64,000 bases of DNA from a virus. Taxonomy: Duplodnaviria > Caudoviricetes. The notes beneath the pieces are model-generated. The model searched no databases. It was given only the letters and a program-made list of their open reading frames with translations, and was not told where the DNA came from. Numbering within the stretch: position 1 is the stretch's first letter; each line of letters starts with the position of its first letter. The DNA lies in the IMG/VR virus record IMGVR_UViG_3300046170_000323, one strand, 5' to 3'. Positions 28,536 to 38,904 of the stretch are shown here, piece by piece. The position numbers were made by a program, and so were the translations under genes.

Positions 28536-29550
28536 ATGGTTGACTTTACAGATCTTCAGTACGCTCAGATGTTGTCTGGGCGCTTACAGAACTTTCGCAT
28601 ACGCAACACAAATCCCTACAAGATAAACTTTAGATGTCCTATCTGCGGTGACTCTCAGAAGTCACGCAGTAAGTCACGTGGTTGGTTGTTAGAGAAGGAG
28701 AACAAGTTCTTCTACTACTGTCACAACTGTGGCGCCAGTCACAACTTCTCCAACTTCCTTAAGACCGTAGACCACCTCATGTACAATGATTGGGTGGCTG
28801 AGAAGTTTATCAAAAAGGATAAAAAAGAACCTTTTTCTTTCGAAGATACTACCGAAAAGAAACTGACTGTTCTAAAGAAAAATCCCCTACGTTCTATAAA
28901 AAAAGTCTCTCAGTTGCATCACAATCACGCAATCAAAAGATATATAAGTAAGAGACACATTCCGGCACGTCACCATTATCGTCTGTATTATACCAAGGCG
29001 TTCAAGAAATGGATTAACGGAATTATACCTAATAAATTCGACAACGTAGAGAAGGACGATCCTCGCCTAATTATCCCATTCATTGATCAAAACGGTAAAG
29101 TATTTGGGGTATCGGCACGTGGATTTGATCCTAATGGTCTTCGTTATTTGACTATAATGTTCGAAGATCGTCCAAAGGTTTTCGGTCTCGATACTGTTGA
29201 CTTTAGTAAAGAGTATCATGTTGTTGAAGGAGCTTATTGACAGTTTATTCCTCTCGAATGCGGTTGCGATGGCAGGCGCTGAAGGAAACGTCGACGGTTT
29301 CGATAATATTGAGAATGCTGTATTTGTCTTTGATGCAGAACCACGCAACAAAGAGATACACAAACGAATGGAGAAGGTGATCAACAAAGGATACAGAATT
29401 TGTATCTGGCCTGAACAGATTTCGACAGTCGGTAAAGACATAAATGAGATGTATCTAAATGGCATGTCAAATGTCGAAGATATAATACGTGCTAATACGT
29501 TCAAAGGTTTAGAAGCAACCTTTAGATTACAAAAGTGGAGAAGAACATGA
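28536..29550 (+). CDS. 61: gp61 DNA primase, split by probable extra T near 29233
   Basis: FRCPICGDS...YYCHNCG zinc finger; VEG / IDSLFL / FDAEPRN TOPRIM motifs across the break. Confidence 0.92.
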
Positions 29551-30242
29551 AAGTTAGATTAATATCTTGCAGTCAACCTATCAAGGACAGCATCATTGGA
29601 TTAGAGGATGTACAGGACTTGATTGCATACTGTGCCAGAGTATCTAACCCCGATAACCAACTGAACTCTAAGACTTCAGACAAATTACTCAACTACCTTG
29701 CAAAACATAAACATTGGTCACCGTTTGAAATGGTGAACGCATGTATCGAAATTGAAACAACTCGTGATATTGCAAGACAACTACTACGACATCGTTCTAT
29801 GTGTTTCCAAGAATTTTCTCAGAGATATGCTGATCCTGTGAAAGAATTGGAATTCGTAAAACGTGAATGTCGTTTACAAGATCCAAAGAACCGCCAGAAC
29901 TCTATCGAAATAGAAGGTGATCCCGCCTTGGTTGAAAATCAGAAGAACCAAGAATTGATTGCTGAGTGGAATCGTAAACAGACTGGTGTAATTGAATTGG
30001 TGAAGAAGAACTACCAATGGGCAGTTGAACAGGGTATTGCAAAAGAACAAGCACGTGCCCTACTGCCAGAAGGTTTGACTGTATCAAGACTATATGCAAA
30101 CGCAACAATCCGTTCGTGGATTCATTACGTTGACTTGCGTTCTGCCAATGGTACACAAAAAGAACATATGGAGCTTGCGAAGGCAGTAGGTAAGGCAATT
30201 ACTGAAATATTCCCCCTCGCAGACAATTACATTAACAACTAG
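29547..30242 (+). CDS. thyX: flavin-dependent thymidylate synthase ThyX
   Basis: HWSPFE and RQLLRHRSMCFQEFSQRY signature. Confidence 0.95.
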   Translation: MKVRLISCSQPIKDSIIGLEDVQDLIAYCARVSNPDNQLNSKTSDKLLNYLAKHKHWSPFEMVNACIEIETTRDIARQLLRHRSMCFQEFSQRYADPVKELEFVKRECRLQDPKNRQNSIEIEGDPALVENQKNQELIAEWNRKQTGVIELVKKNYQWAVEQGIAKEQARALLPEGLTVSRLYANATIRSWIHYVDLRSANGTQKEHMELAKAVGKAITEIFPLADNYINN

Positions 30243-30258
30243 AACATTAGGATCAACT

Positions 30259-32577
30259 ATGACGCAAGTAACCAAGAGAGACGGCTCTAAAGAACTCCTC
30301 GACATCGAAAAACTTCACAAGGTAGTTTTTCACGCATGTGATGACATCACTGGTGTAAGTCCAAGTGAAGTAGAAATTAAAAGTCAAATTCAATTTTATG
30401 ATGGTATAACGACGAAGGAAATCCAAGAGACGTTAATCAAGGCTGCGGCTGATCTGATTGATGAGGACACACCCAACTACCAATACGTTGGTGGACGTTT
30501 GATTAACTATGCACTTCGTAAAGAAGTATATGGTCAGTACGAACCATGCACTGTAAAAGAATTGGTTGTCAGGAACATCGAAAGTGGTTTCTATGATGAA
30601 GAACTCATAGATAAGTATGATGACGAAGAGTGGGCAAAGATTGACTCATTCATCAAACATGGTCGTGATGAGAACCTAACATATGTTGCCATGGAACAAC
30701 TACGTGGTAAATACCTATGTCAGAACCGTGTCACAGGAGAGATCTTTGAGACTCCACAGATGTGTTATGCATTAATTGCAGTCACGTTGTTCGCAGACTA
30801 TCCTAAAGAAGAAAGATTAAAATGGGCGAAAGATTATTATGACGCTATTAGTTTACACGATATTAGCCTTCCTACGCCCGTCATGGCCGGTGTCCGTACG
30901 CCTATGCGTCAGTTTTCCTCTTGCGTTCTTATTGAGTCTGGGGATAGCCTTGATAGTATCAACGCAACTAGTTCTTCTATTGTCAAATATGTAAGTCAGA
31001 AAGCAGGTATTGGTATCGGTGGTGGTCAGATCCGAGCGATTGGATCTCCCATTCGTAAAGGTGACGCATACCATACAGGCATCATTCCCTTCTACAAACA
31101 CTTCCAGTCTGCAACTAAGTCCTGTTCACAGGGCGGTGTTCGTGGTGGTGCGGCGACTATCTACTATCCTATCTGGCACTATGAAGTCGAAGATATGTTG
31201 GTATTGAAGAACAACAAGGGTACAGAAGAGAACCGTGTGCGTCATATGGATTATGGTGTGCAGTTCAACAAACTCATGTACGAACGTCTCATCTCTGGTG
31301 GTGACATTACTTTGTTCTCTCCTAGTGACGTGCCTGGCTTGTATGATGCATTCTTTGCAGATCAAGATGCCTTCAAAGAAATCTATGAACGTGCAGAACG
31401 TAATACACGACTTCGTAAGAAAACTATCAAGGCAATTGATTTGTTCAGTTCCTTTATGGAAGAACGTAAGAACACAGGACGTATCTATCTACAGAACGTA
31501 GACAATGCAAATGATCATGGTTCATTCCTACCAGAGGTTGCACCAATCAGACAATCGAATCTTTGTGCCGAAATAGACTTGCCAACCAAACCATTACATG
31601 ATATAAATGACCCTGATGGTGAGATTAGTCTCTGTACACTGTCTGCAATCAACTGGGGTAATGTTCGTTCACCAAGAGACTTTGAACGTGCCTGTACTCT
31701 CGCTGTTCGTGGACTGGATGCGTTGTTGTCTTATCAGAACTATCCTATCCTTGCGGCACAACTCTCTACGGAGAAACGTAGACCTCTTGGAGTGGGCATT
31801 ATTAACTTCGCATACTTCATGGCGAAAAACGATTTGACTTATCAGGACATCACCCCACAAGGTTTGTCACTGATTGATGAGTACGCTGAAGCATGGTCAT
31901 ACTATCTGATCAAAGCATCTGCAGATCTTGCAGCTGAGAAGGGTGCACCAAGTGGTGTTATGGAAACAAAATATGGACATGGTATCACACCAAACATGAC
32001 ATACAAAACTGATCTTGATGAGTTGGTTAAACATAAAGAACGTATGCCATGGAAGAGTCTGCGTAATCAGTTGAAGAAGACTGGTATCAGAAACTCTACT
32101 CTGATGGCGTTGATGCCTAGTGAAACAAGTGCGCAGGTTGCAAATGCGACGAATGGTATCGAACCACCTCGTTCATTGATTTCAGTAAAACAGTCAAAAC
32201 ATGGCGTTTTGAAACAAGTTGTGCCTGAGTACAAAAGATTAAAGAATAAATATGATCTCCTATGGGATCAAAAGTCTCCTGTAGGTTACCTTAAAATTAT
32301 GGCTGTACTACAGAAATATATTGACCAAGGTATTAGTATCAACACCAGTTATAACCCTATCTTCTCAGAGAATGAAAAAATCTCTATGAGTGAGATGTTG
32401 CAACACGTATTAATGTTTTACAAGTACGGTGGAAAACAACTGTACTACTTCAATACGTATGACGGTCAGGGCGAAGTTGATGTCGACAAGATGATGCAAG
32501 AGACACCGATAGAACGATCTGAGTTCGAAGGTTCGGACGAAGAATATGACGATTATTGCGAAAGCTGCACGATATAG
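30259..32577 (+). CDS. nrdA: ribonucleotide reductase class Ia alpha subunit
   Basis: N-terminal ATP cone VTKRDG, QFSSCVL, QSNLCAEI, MPSETS, C-terminal CESC. Confidence 0.98.
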   Translation: MTQVTKRDGSKELLDIEKLHKVVFHACDDITGVSPSEVEIKSQIQFYDGITTKEIQETLIKAAADLIDEDTPNYQYVGGRLINYALRKEVYGQYEPCTVKELVVRNIESGFYDEELIDKYDDEEWAKIDSFIKHGRDENLTYVAMEQLRGKYLCQNRVTGEIFETPQMCYALIAVTLFADYPKEERLKWAKDYYDAISLHDISLPTPVMAGVRTPMRQFSSCVLIESGDSLDSINATSSSIVKYVSQKAGIGIGGGQIRAIGSPIRKGDAYHTGIIPFYKHFQSATKSCSQGGVRGGAATIYYPIWHYEVEDMLVLKNNKGTEENRVRHMDYGVQFNKLMYERLISGGDITLFSPSDVPGLYDAFFADQDAFKEIYERAERNTRLRKKTIKAIDLFSSFMEERKNTGRIYLQNVDNANDHGSFLPEVAPIRQSNLCAEIDLPTKPLHDINDPDGEISLCTLSAINWGNVRSPRDFERACTLAVRGLDALLSYQNYPILAAQLSTEKRRPLGVGIINFAYFMAKNDLTYQDITPQGLSLIDEYAEAWSYYLIKASADLAAEKGAPSGVMETKYGHGITPNMTYKTDLDELVKHKERMPWKSLRNQLKKTGIRNSTLMALMPSETSAQVANATNGIEPPRSLISVKQSKHGVLKQVVPEYKRLKNKYDLLWDQKSPVGYLKIMAVLQKYIDQGISINTSYNPIFSENEKISMSEMLQHVLMFYKYGGKQLYYFNTYDGQGEVDVDKMMQETPIERSEFEGSDEEYDDYCESCTI

Positions 32578-32587
32578 GGAAAAAGAA

Positions 32588-33721
32588 ATGGGCGTTTTTG
32601 ACACACAAAACAAAGCAGATCACACAAAAGTAAAAATGTTTTTGGATCCCACAGGGGGCCCAACCATTCAACGTTATGATCAGTTGAAATACAAATCCTT
32701 TGATAAACTGACTGATAGTCAACTTGGTTTCTTCTGGCGTCCAGAGGAAGTTGATATCTATAAGGATGCAAAGGACTTCAAAAGTCTTACTGAACATGAA
32801 CAACATATTTTTACAAGTAACCTAAAGAGACAGATCCTATTGGACTCTGTACAAGGTCGTGCGCCCGTAGAGGCGTTCGCACCTATTGTAAGTTTACCAG
32901 AGATTGAGAACTGGATACAGACATGGACATTCTCTGAGACAATCCACAGTCGTTCGTACACACACATCATTCGTAACGTGTACAGCAACCCAAGTAAAGT
33001 CTTTGATGAACTTATGGACATCCAAGAGATTGTTGAATGTGCAGATGATATCTCTCACTATTACGATAAATTAATTGAAATGAGTATGTGGTACAACTTG
33101 TTAGGTGAAGGTACACATCAGATTAATGGCACACGTAATGTGAAAGTAGATCTCTACGAACTGAAAAAACTTCTTTGGTTGACATTGATGAGTGTGAACA
33201 TTCTTGAAGGCGTACGTTTTTACGTATCTTTTGCATGTTCATGGGCATTCGCAGAACTCAAGAAGATGGAAGGTAATGCGAAGATCATTAAGTTGATTGC
33301 ACGTGATGAGAACCTTCACTTGGGTTCTACTCAGTTGATGTTACGTACACTCAAGAATAAAGACGATCCAGACTTTGCAAAGATCGCAGAAGAAACAAAA
33401 GACGAATGTATTAAAATGTTCGTCGACGCAGTAGACCAAGAGAAAGCATGGGCTAACTATTTGTTTAAAGATGGTTCCATGATTGGTCTTAACGCAGCCT
33501 TACTAAGTGATTATATTGAGTATATCTGCACTCGACGTATGAAACACGTTGATCTTGAATCTCCTTACAATGTTAAAAACAATCCTCTTCCTTGGACACA
33601 GAAGTGGATCTCAGGTGCAGAAGTCCAAGTCGCACCACAAGAGACAGAGATTACATCTTATGTTTCTGGTGGAACTAAACAAGACGTATCAGAGGAAACA
33701 TTCAAGGGGTTCAGCTTATGA
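32588..33721 (+). CDS. nrdB: ribonucleotide reductase class Ia beta subunit
   Basis: FFWRPEEVD, ETIHSRSY, LEGVRFY and RDENLH diiron motifs. Confidence 0.98.
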   Translation: MGVFDTQNKADHTKVKMFLDPTGGPTIQRYDQLKYKSFDKLTDSQLGFFWRPEEVDIYKDAKDFKSLTEHEQHIFTSNLKRQILLDSVQGRAPVEAFAPIVSLPEIENWIQTWTFSETIHSRSYTHIIRNVYSNPSKVFDELMDIQEIVECADDISHYYDKLIEMSMWYNLLGEGTHQINGTRNVKVDLYELKKLLWLTLMSVNILEGVRFYVSFACSWAFAELKKMEGNAKIIKLIARDENLHLGSTQLMLRTLKNKDDPDFAKIAEETKDECIKMFVDAVDQEKAWANYLFKDGSMIGLNAALLSDYIEYICTRRMKHVDLESPYNVKNNPLPWTQKWISGAEVQVAPQETEITSYVSGGTKQDVSEETFKGFSL

Positions 33722-33948
33722 CAGTAGAAATATACGGTAAAGACAATTGTGCATATTGCACGAAGGCAATTAATCTTGCGGAAATTCAACATATGAATTT
33801 TACCTATAAGAAACTTGGTGTGGACTTTAATCGTGACGAAATGTTATCCATGTTCCCATCTGCAAGAACTTTCCCTCAAATTAAAGTTGATGGACATTCG
33901 ATTGGTGGGTATGAACAGTTCATGGAGTATGTCAAGAAGGCAGCCTAA
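33718..33948 (+). CDS. glutaredoxin
   Basis: CAYC, TFPQI and IGGY motifs; follows nrdB. Confidence 0.92.
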   Translation: MTVEIYGKDNCAYCTKAINLAEIQHMNFTYKKLGVDFNRDEMLSMFPSARTFPQIKVDGHSIGGYEQFMEYVKKAA

Positions 33949-33987
33949 ATACTTCTAGATATTCTAGAGTAATGGTAAAGCGAAAAA

Positions 33988-35183
33988 ATGATATCAAAAG
34001 ATTATTTTGAAGACGTAATTCATCAATTTAAAACCGAAGGCAAATATAGAGTCTTCAACGATATACTCAGAGAGCGGGGGAAGTTTCCCCGCTCAATTTG
34101 GTATGGAAAATATGCACCAAAAAACATTGTTAACTGGTGTTCTAATGACTATCTCGGCATGGGACAAAATCAATATGTTATTGATGCCATGCATACCGCA
34201 CTAGATCAGACTGGTGCAGGTTCTGGTGGAACCAGAAATATCGGTGGTACATCACATTATCATGTGACACTTGAAGCAGTTCTTGCACAACACCACCAAA
34301 AAGAAGGTGCACTATTATTCTCCAGTGCATATGTTGCAAACGAGTGGTCACTCATTGCACTCAGTCGTATCATCCCCAACATAAGATTTATTTCAGATGA
34401 CAAGAATCATGCCTCATTGATTATGGGTATGAAACATAGTCGTGCGAGTAAGATGGTCTTCAGACATAATAACATGGAAGATCTAGAACACTGTCTCAAA
34501 CTGGCACAAATGGAAAACAAAACTCCATGTGTCGTGTTTGAATCTGTGTATTCTATGGATGGTGACGTAGGGAAAATTGAAGAAATATGTGATCTTGCAG
34601 ATAAATATGGTGCAATCACTTATATCGATGAAGTACATGCAGTGGGTCTATATGGAGACACTGGTGGTGGTTATTGTGAAAAGTTAGGTTTAGTAGAGAG
34701 GGTAGATATTATAAATGGAACACTGGGAAAAGCCTTTGGGGTTCAAGGTGGTTATATTGCTGGGGATAGTATTGTCGTTGACGCTATTAGGGCCTTGGCT
34801 TCTGGGTTCATCTTTACAACAAGTATCTCGCCCGTCATCTGCGCCGGAGCAATCGCCTCAATCAAATATCTCAGTGACCACACTACCATTCGTCAAGTCC
34901 ATCAAGAAAGAGCAAAGCACCCTAAAAGAAATGTTGAAGTACGCAGGCATTCCAGTACATGAGAGTGCGTGTACTCATATCGTTCCTGTGATGGTAAACA
35001 ATGCATTCAAGTGTAAAGAAGCATCTGATGATCTTCTAAATAATCATGGGATTTATATCCAACCTATTAATTATCCTACTGTCGAAGAAGGAACCGAAAG
35101 ATTGCGAATTGCACCAACCCCATTCCATGATGATGTGATGATGGTGGAACTCGTTCAAGCCCTTGAAGAAAGTTTTGTTATGA
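33988..35183 (+). CDS. hemA: 5-aminolevulinate synthase, with probable extra A near 34913 and near 35169
   Basis: [48 protein letters not shown]; C-terminal THIVPV and [20 protein letters not shown] in frame of ORF 34715. Confidence 0.9.
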
Positions 35184-35867
35184 TTTATGAAAACAAGTTT
35201 GGTAAGGTAGATATTCTACCAGATCCAGATTTTTGGGATGGACATATTATTGGTATTGCCATGTCAGGCGGTGCAGATAGTCTTATGTTATGTTACCTTG
35301 TTGCAAACACAATCAAGAAACTAAAACTAAATTCTTCTATACAACCTTACAATGGGTATGACATTCATGTACCACATGATTCTAATGCCGCCGTAAAAAC
35401 TCTCCCTACTCTTATCAGAAAATTTCCTACCGTAGATATCAAGTGGCCTATCTCCACAGTGTTTAATTCTAATGGTGAGGATAACAAAATGGATTATATC
35501 ACAAAACTCAGGAAGGCGCTTGCAGGTGCAACGTTCACGAGACACATTACTGGGATAACTCTTGGGCCACCATACAAGGTGCAGAACAGTTGGCCCAAAA
35601 ACGGTGAGTAACCAGAGGATTCGTAGAATACCAAATTACATGAGTGAGTCAGAAAGTGCATGGGATGACTGGCCTTTAGAGACTACTCCATTCAAGAATA
35701 TAGATAAAAGATTTGTAATACAATGTTACAAAGACTTTAAACAAATGAAATTGTTTCATCAAACAGTTTCGTGCACCACACCAACCAATGGAAATAAACC
35801 ATGTGGTAAGTGTTGGTGGGATTACGAGAGGGAATGGGCCCTCAACGAAGTACAGAAAAGATTATAA
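35180..35867 (+). CDS. second QueC-like PP-loop protein, split by probable indel at 35592-35601
   Basis: MSGGADS PP-loop; TVSC...PCGKCWW in ORF 35562. Confidence 0.6.
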
Positions 35868-35925
35868 CATGAATCAATTAGAATCAGCATTCTTTGGAAA
35901 GAGGATCTGGGAAAAGGAAAGTAAA

Positions 35926-36345
35926 ATGAGTAAAATTAAAAAGGCGTTTTGGTTTGTCTGTGGTATCCTGTGTTTAGGTATTGCTTATCTGGGAGTTATT
36001 CTGCCAGGCATTCCTTGGAGTACTCCTATTCTAGGTGCAGCGTTCTGTTTCGCAAAGTCTAGTGAGAAGTTCCACAACTGGATCATGAACCACAAGACCT
36101 TTGGCCCGTTTATCACAGAGTGGCAGACTTATAAAGTGTATCCACAAAAGGCAAAGTATTTGATGATGGCAGTAATGTCAACATCCTTGGCGGCAATGTA
36201 TTTCGGTACAGGCAATCCAAAGGCAACCTTATACCTGTTCATCTTGTTCGCATTGATTGTGACATGGGCATGGAGATTTCCTGGCTCAAAAGAAGAGTCG
36301 CAGAGACGAATTGATGCAGGTGAAAAACTGGGTTGGTTTAAATAA
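35926..36345 (+). CDS. YbaN/DUF454 family inner-membrane protein
   Basis: GILCLGIAYLGVILPGIPWSTPILGAAFCFAKSSEKFHNWIMNHKTFGPFI matches the family N-terminal pattern. Confidence 0.85.
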   Translation: MSKIKKAFWFVCGILCLGIAYLGVILPGIPWSTPILGAAFCFAKSSEKFHNWIMNHKTFGPFITEWQTYKVYPQKAKYLMMAVMSTSLAAMYFGTGNPKATLYLFILFALIVTWAWRFPGSKEESQRRIDAGEKLGWFK

Positions 36346-36548
36346 TGGATGAGAGGGAGAAAACCATCAGGGACTTGAAGGTTAGGATAGAGGAGTTGCG
36401 TGTTCGTACTGGATACTACAACAACCCACCATCCAAACCCAACACTGATGACATTCCCCCTCTAACACCAAAGAGTCAGGCTCGTAAGAATGTTGCCACA
36501 TCAGAGATGGATTCGTTAAAAGCAAAACTCATGGCAAAAAAGACTTGA
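36345..36548 (+). CDS. hypothetical protein
   Basis: Coupled start (TAATG). Confidence 0.55.
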   Translation: MDEREKTIRDLKVRIEELRVRTGYYNNPPSKPNTDDIPPLTPKSQARKNVATSEMDSLKAKLMAKKT

Positions 36549-36573
36549 CAAGACTTTTAATGTAGGATATAAT
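36545..36573 (+). promoter_or_regulatory. sigma70-type promoter
   Basis: TTGACA-17 nt-TATAAT. Confidence 0.7.
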
Positions 36574-36574
36574 T

Positions 36575-36967
36575 ATGGATGATTTGAAATTTACAACGTG
36601 CGGAGATTTTATGAAAGATCAAGAACAAGACAAATATGCTGTCGTGACAGTCATATCTCAATTCAGGCAACGATATGTAATGCCTGTGAGTAAACTACAG
36701 GAAAAGAATACAACCATTAGTCTGACTGATCATCCAGAACAGATCGTTCCTTGGGCAGAAGATGCAGTCACATGCGAAGAAACAAAAGAGTTCTCTCAAA
36801 AATGGTTGGGTGAACAGATTGTGGATACCTTTATTCTTGATGAAGAAAGAGCTCTTCAGTTGTTTGATCGTGATAATTCATACCTGTTGGAATTGACAAC
36901 GGAAAAGAAATTAGAAAGTATTCAAGATTGTTGGGAGAAAAAGAAAGATGTCAACTCTAAGAAATAA
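36575..36967 (+). CDS. hypothetical protein
   Basis: 130-aa ORF in gene-dense run. Confidence 0.6.
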   Translation: MDDLKFTTCGDFMKDQEQDKYAVVTVISQFRQRYVMPVSKLQEKNTTISLTDHPEQIVPWAEDAVTCEETKEFSQKWLGEQIVDTFILDEERALQLFDRDNSYLLELTTEKKLESIQDCWEKKKDVNSKK

Positions 36968-36974
36968 GTTTCAT

Positions 36975-37146
36975 ATGTATTTGGAAAAGTATAAAACGGC
37001 AATTCAGTCAGAAATTGAATTAGGGGCCTGATCACGACGATACTAAGAATTATTTTCTTATAGCTAATCAGACAAAGAAATCGCTTCAATATGATTTGCA
37101 GAAAGCAGAAGAGTATCTAGAAAGTTTGGTGCCAGATGATGGTTGA
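36975..37146 (+). CDS. hypothetical protein (about 56 aa), split by probable extra G at 37023-37026
   Basis: ATG 36975; removing one G gives an open frame to TGA 37146. Confidence 0.4.
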
Positions 37147-37396
37147 AATTTTTGGAACTCCGAACTGCGTCAACTGTGAGAAGGCGATGCGGATTTCAAA
37201 GGAATATGGATATGACTACGAGTACAAGAACATCACGTATAAAAGATATCGTGACGAACTTGAGTCGTATGTCGGTGTTGCAGAGTATTACGATTTACCA
37301 CTAGTCTTTGTTAATAAAAAGTACGTTGGACATTACTCTGAATGGGCGCAATATATTGAAGATCATATGGGGGGATTCGGGGATCAACCGATTTAA
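37136..37396 (+). CDS. glutaredoxin-like protein
   Basis: CVNC motif, LPLVFV..KYVG. Confidence 0.8.
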   Translation: MMVEIFGTPNCVNCEKAMRISKEYGYDYEYKNITYKRYRDELESYVGVAEYYDLPLVFVNKKYVGHYSEWAQYIEDHMGGFGDQPI

Positions 37397-37399
37397 GTT

Positions 37400-37627
37400 A
37401 TGGCAGGTAGAAAACTCAGAGAAGAAGCAGTTGGTGAACTGCAATTAGAAAAGAACGAGTTGGTTAGAGAAAACAAAGATCTCGTTTTTGAAAATGAATT
37501 AATTAGACGACAGAATATTATGTTGATGGAGACATTGGAAGCAGTTGCAACTGATGAAATTATCGCAGATCCTAATGTTCTCTTTCGTCTCAAAACTGTT
37601 TTAAAAAATATTGAGGAAATGCAATGA
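37400..37627 (+). CDS. hypothetical coiled-coil protein
   Basis: 75-aa ORF in operon-like run. Confidence 0.55.
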   Translation: MAGRKLREEAVGELQLEKNELVRENKDLVFENELIRRQNIMLMETLEAVATDEIIADPNVLFRLKTVLKNIEEMQ

Positions 37628-37842
37628 CGTGGGTATTAGTATTCGTCTATCTTTATGGTGGGGTGTCTTATGCGGAAACGTATGATGAATATCCCTCTAT
37701 GGTTACATGTTTTCAAGCCAGAGAAGAACTTGGTGCGGCCCAATCTGGACGCAGAGGGTATTTTCCAAATGGCCAACAGGCGCTGTGCATTCCGTACGAT
37801 ATCACGGCTGATGGAGTTACTCCATATGAACTAGATGAATAA
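37624..37842 (+). CDS. hypothetical protein
   Basis: ATGA-coupled; hydrophobic N-terminus, two Cys. Confidence 0.55.
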   Translation: MTWVLVFVYLYGGVSYAETYDEYPSMVTCFQAREELGAAQSGRRGYFPNGQQALCIPYDITADGVTPYELDE

Positions 37843-38506
37843 ACTTCCTCAACTCAAAAAAATTCGTCCTCTTACAGACAATCAACAACTAACGTTTGAT
37901 GCTTGGGAAAGAGGAAACAATCTGGTACTTGCAGGATCTGCAGGTACAGGTAAAACCTTCCTTGGATTGTATCTTGCACTGAAAGATGTGTTTGATGGAA
38001 ACACTCCGTATAGGAAGGTTATTGTCGTACGTTCAGTCGTACCTACAAGAGATATGGGATTCTTGCCTGGCGATGAACAGGAAAAGAAAGACGCATACAC
38101 TCGTCCCTACATTGGCATCACTGCAGAACTCTTTGGGAGATCTGATGCATGGTTAGGACTTCAAGTGAGTGAGAAAGTGCAGTTTGAATCCACATCTTTT
38201 ATTAGGGGATTGACGTGGGACGATGCAATCATCGTAGTTGATGAAATGCAGAACCTCAACTTCCACGAACTTGACTCTGTCATAACACGTGTAGGTGAGA
38301 ATACTAAACTCATCCTCTGTGGTGATTATTACCAGTCTGATTTCCACTGGGATACAGACAAAAAAGGGATCAGTAAATTTATCAAGATTATGAAAATGCT
38401 CGATAGGTTTAAAGTGATTGAATTCACATGGGAAGACATCGTAAGATCTGATCTTGTGAAAGATTACATTATGGTTAAAGAACAAATGAAAATAAAAGGA
38501 GTATAA
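37835..38506 (+). CDS. phoH: PhoH-like ATPase
   Basis: GSAGTGKT, RDMGFLPG, FIRGLT, VDEMQN, TRVG, CGDYYQSD motifs. Confidence 0.95.
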   Translation: MNKLPQLKKIRPLTDNQQLTFDAWERGNNLVLAGSAGTGKTFLGLYLALKDVFDGNTPYRKVIVVRSVVPTRDMGFLPGDEQEKKDAYTRPYIGITAELFGRSDAWLGLQVSEKVQFESTSFIRGLTWDDAIIVVDEMQNLNFHELDSVITRVGENTKLILCGDYYQSDFHWDTDKKGISKFIKIMKMLDRFKVIEFTWEDIVRSDLVKDYIMVKEQMKIKGV

Positions 38507-38509
38507 TAC

Positions 38510-38614
38510 TTGCAACGCCGTGTAAGAAAGAAAACATCGATTGGCAAATCGGTTCGATCAAAACTTTTACGTAAAGGGAATGTACGTAAAAAATATAGAG
38601 GACAGGGAAAGTAA
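38510..38614 (+). CDS. 34-aa highly basic peptide
   Basis: TTG start after AAGGAG; KTSIG...KKYRGQGK; stop abuts next ATG. Confidence 0.45.
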   Translation: MQRRVRKKTSIGKSVRSKLLRKGNVRKKYRGQGK

Positions 38615-38815
38615 ATGTTTAGCAAACAGTGCAAGGCTCACTTAGAAGAAGTGGGTGAGACTGGACTTCAACATATGGGGAAGGCACTAAAGATTGCAGT
38701 TACGCTGCAACTACTCGTTCCAGTCGTATTAGTTCATGCAGTCGCACCACGTTTTTTCAAGAAGACTGCTTCAACTGCAATGAAAGATATCGTTAAAGAT
38801 AGGAATAAAACATGA
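38615..38815 (+). CDS. small membrane protein (DUF6356-like)
   Basis: HLEEVGET..QH....VHAVAP.F...AS pattern. Confidence 0.55.
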   Translation: MFSKQCKAHLEEVGETGLQHMGKALKIAVTLQLLVPVVLVHAVAPRFFKKTASTAMKDIVKDRNKT

Positions 38816-38904
38816 CTTTAATTTTTGAAAGAGTGGGCAACACTGTGTACGCACGAGAGTTTGGTTCACACCCTAGTACGAGGTGGGTATATAAAACGTT
38901 ATGA
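38812..38904 (+). CDS. 30-aa hypothetical peptide
   Basis: ATGA-coupled at both ends; IFERVGNTVYAREFG. Confidence 0.45.
   Translation: MTLIFERVGNTVYAREFGSHPSTRWVYKTL

Noticed and set aside
6023-32050. CCATGG also appearing only as GCCATGG
   Set aside because: Only about four sites noticed, and CCAAGG/CCTTGG are clearly unconstrained; too few to claim
34715-35611. Apparent fusion of ALA synthase C-terminus to a QueC-like domain
   Set aside because: Removing one A near 35169 gives hemA a stop (TGA 35181-35183) overlapping the next ATG in the usual ATGA arrangement; likely an indel artefact
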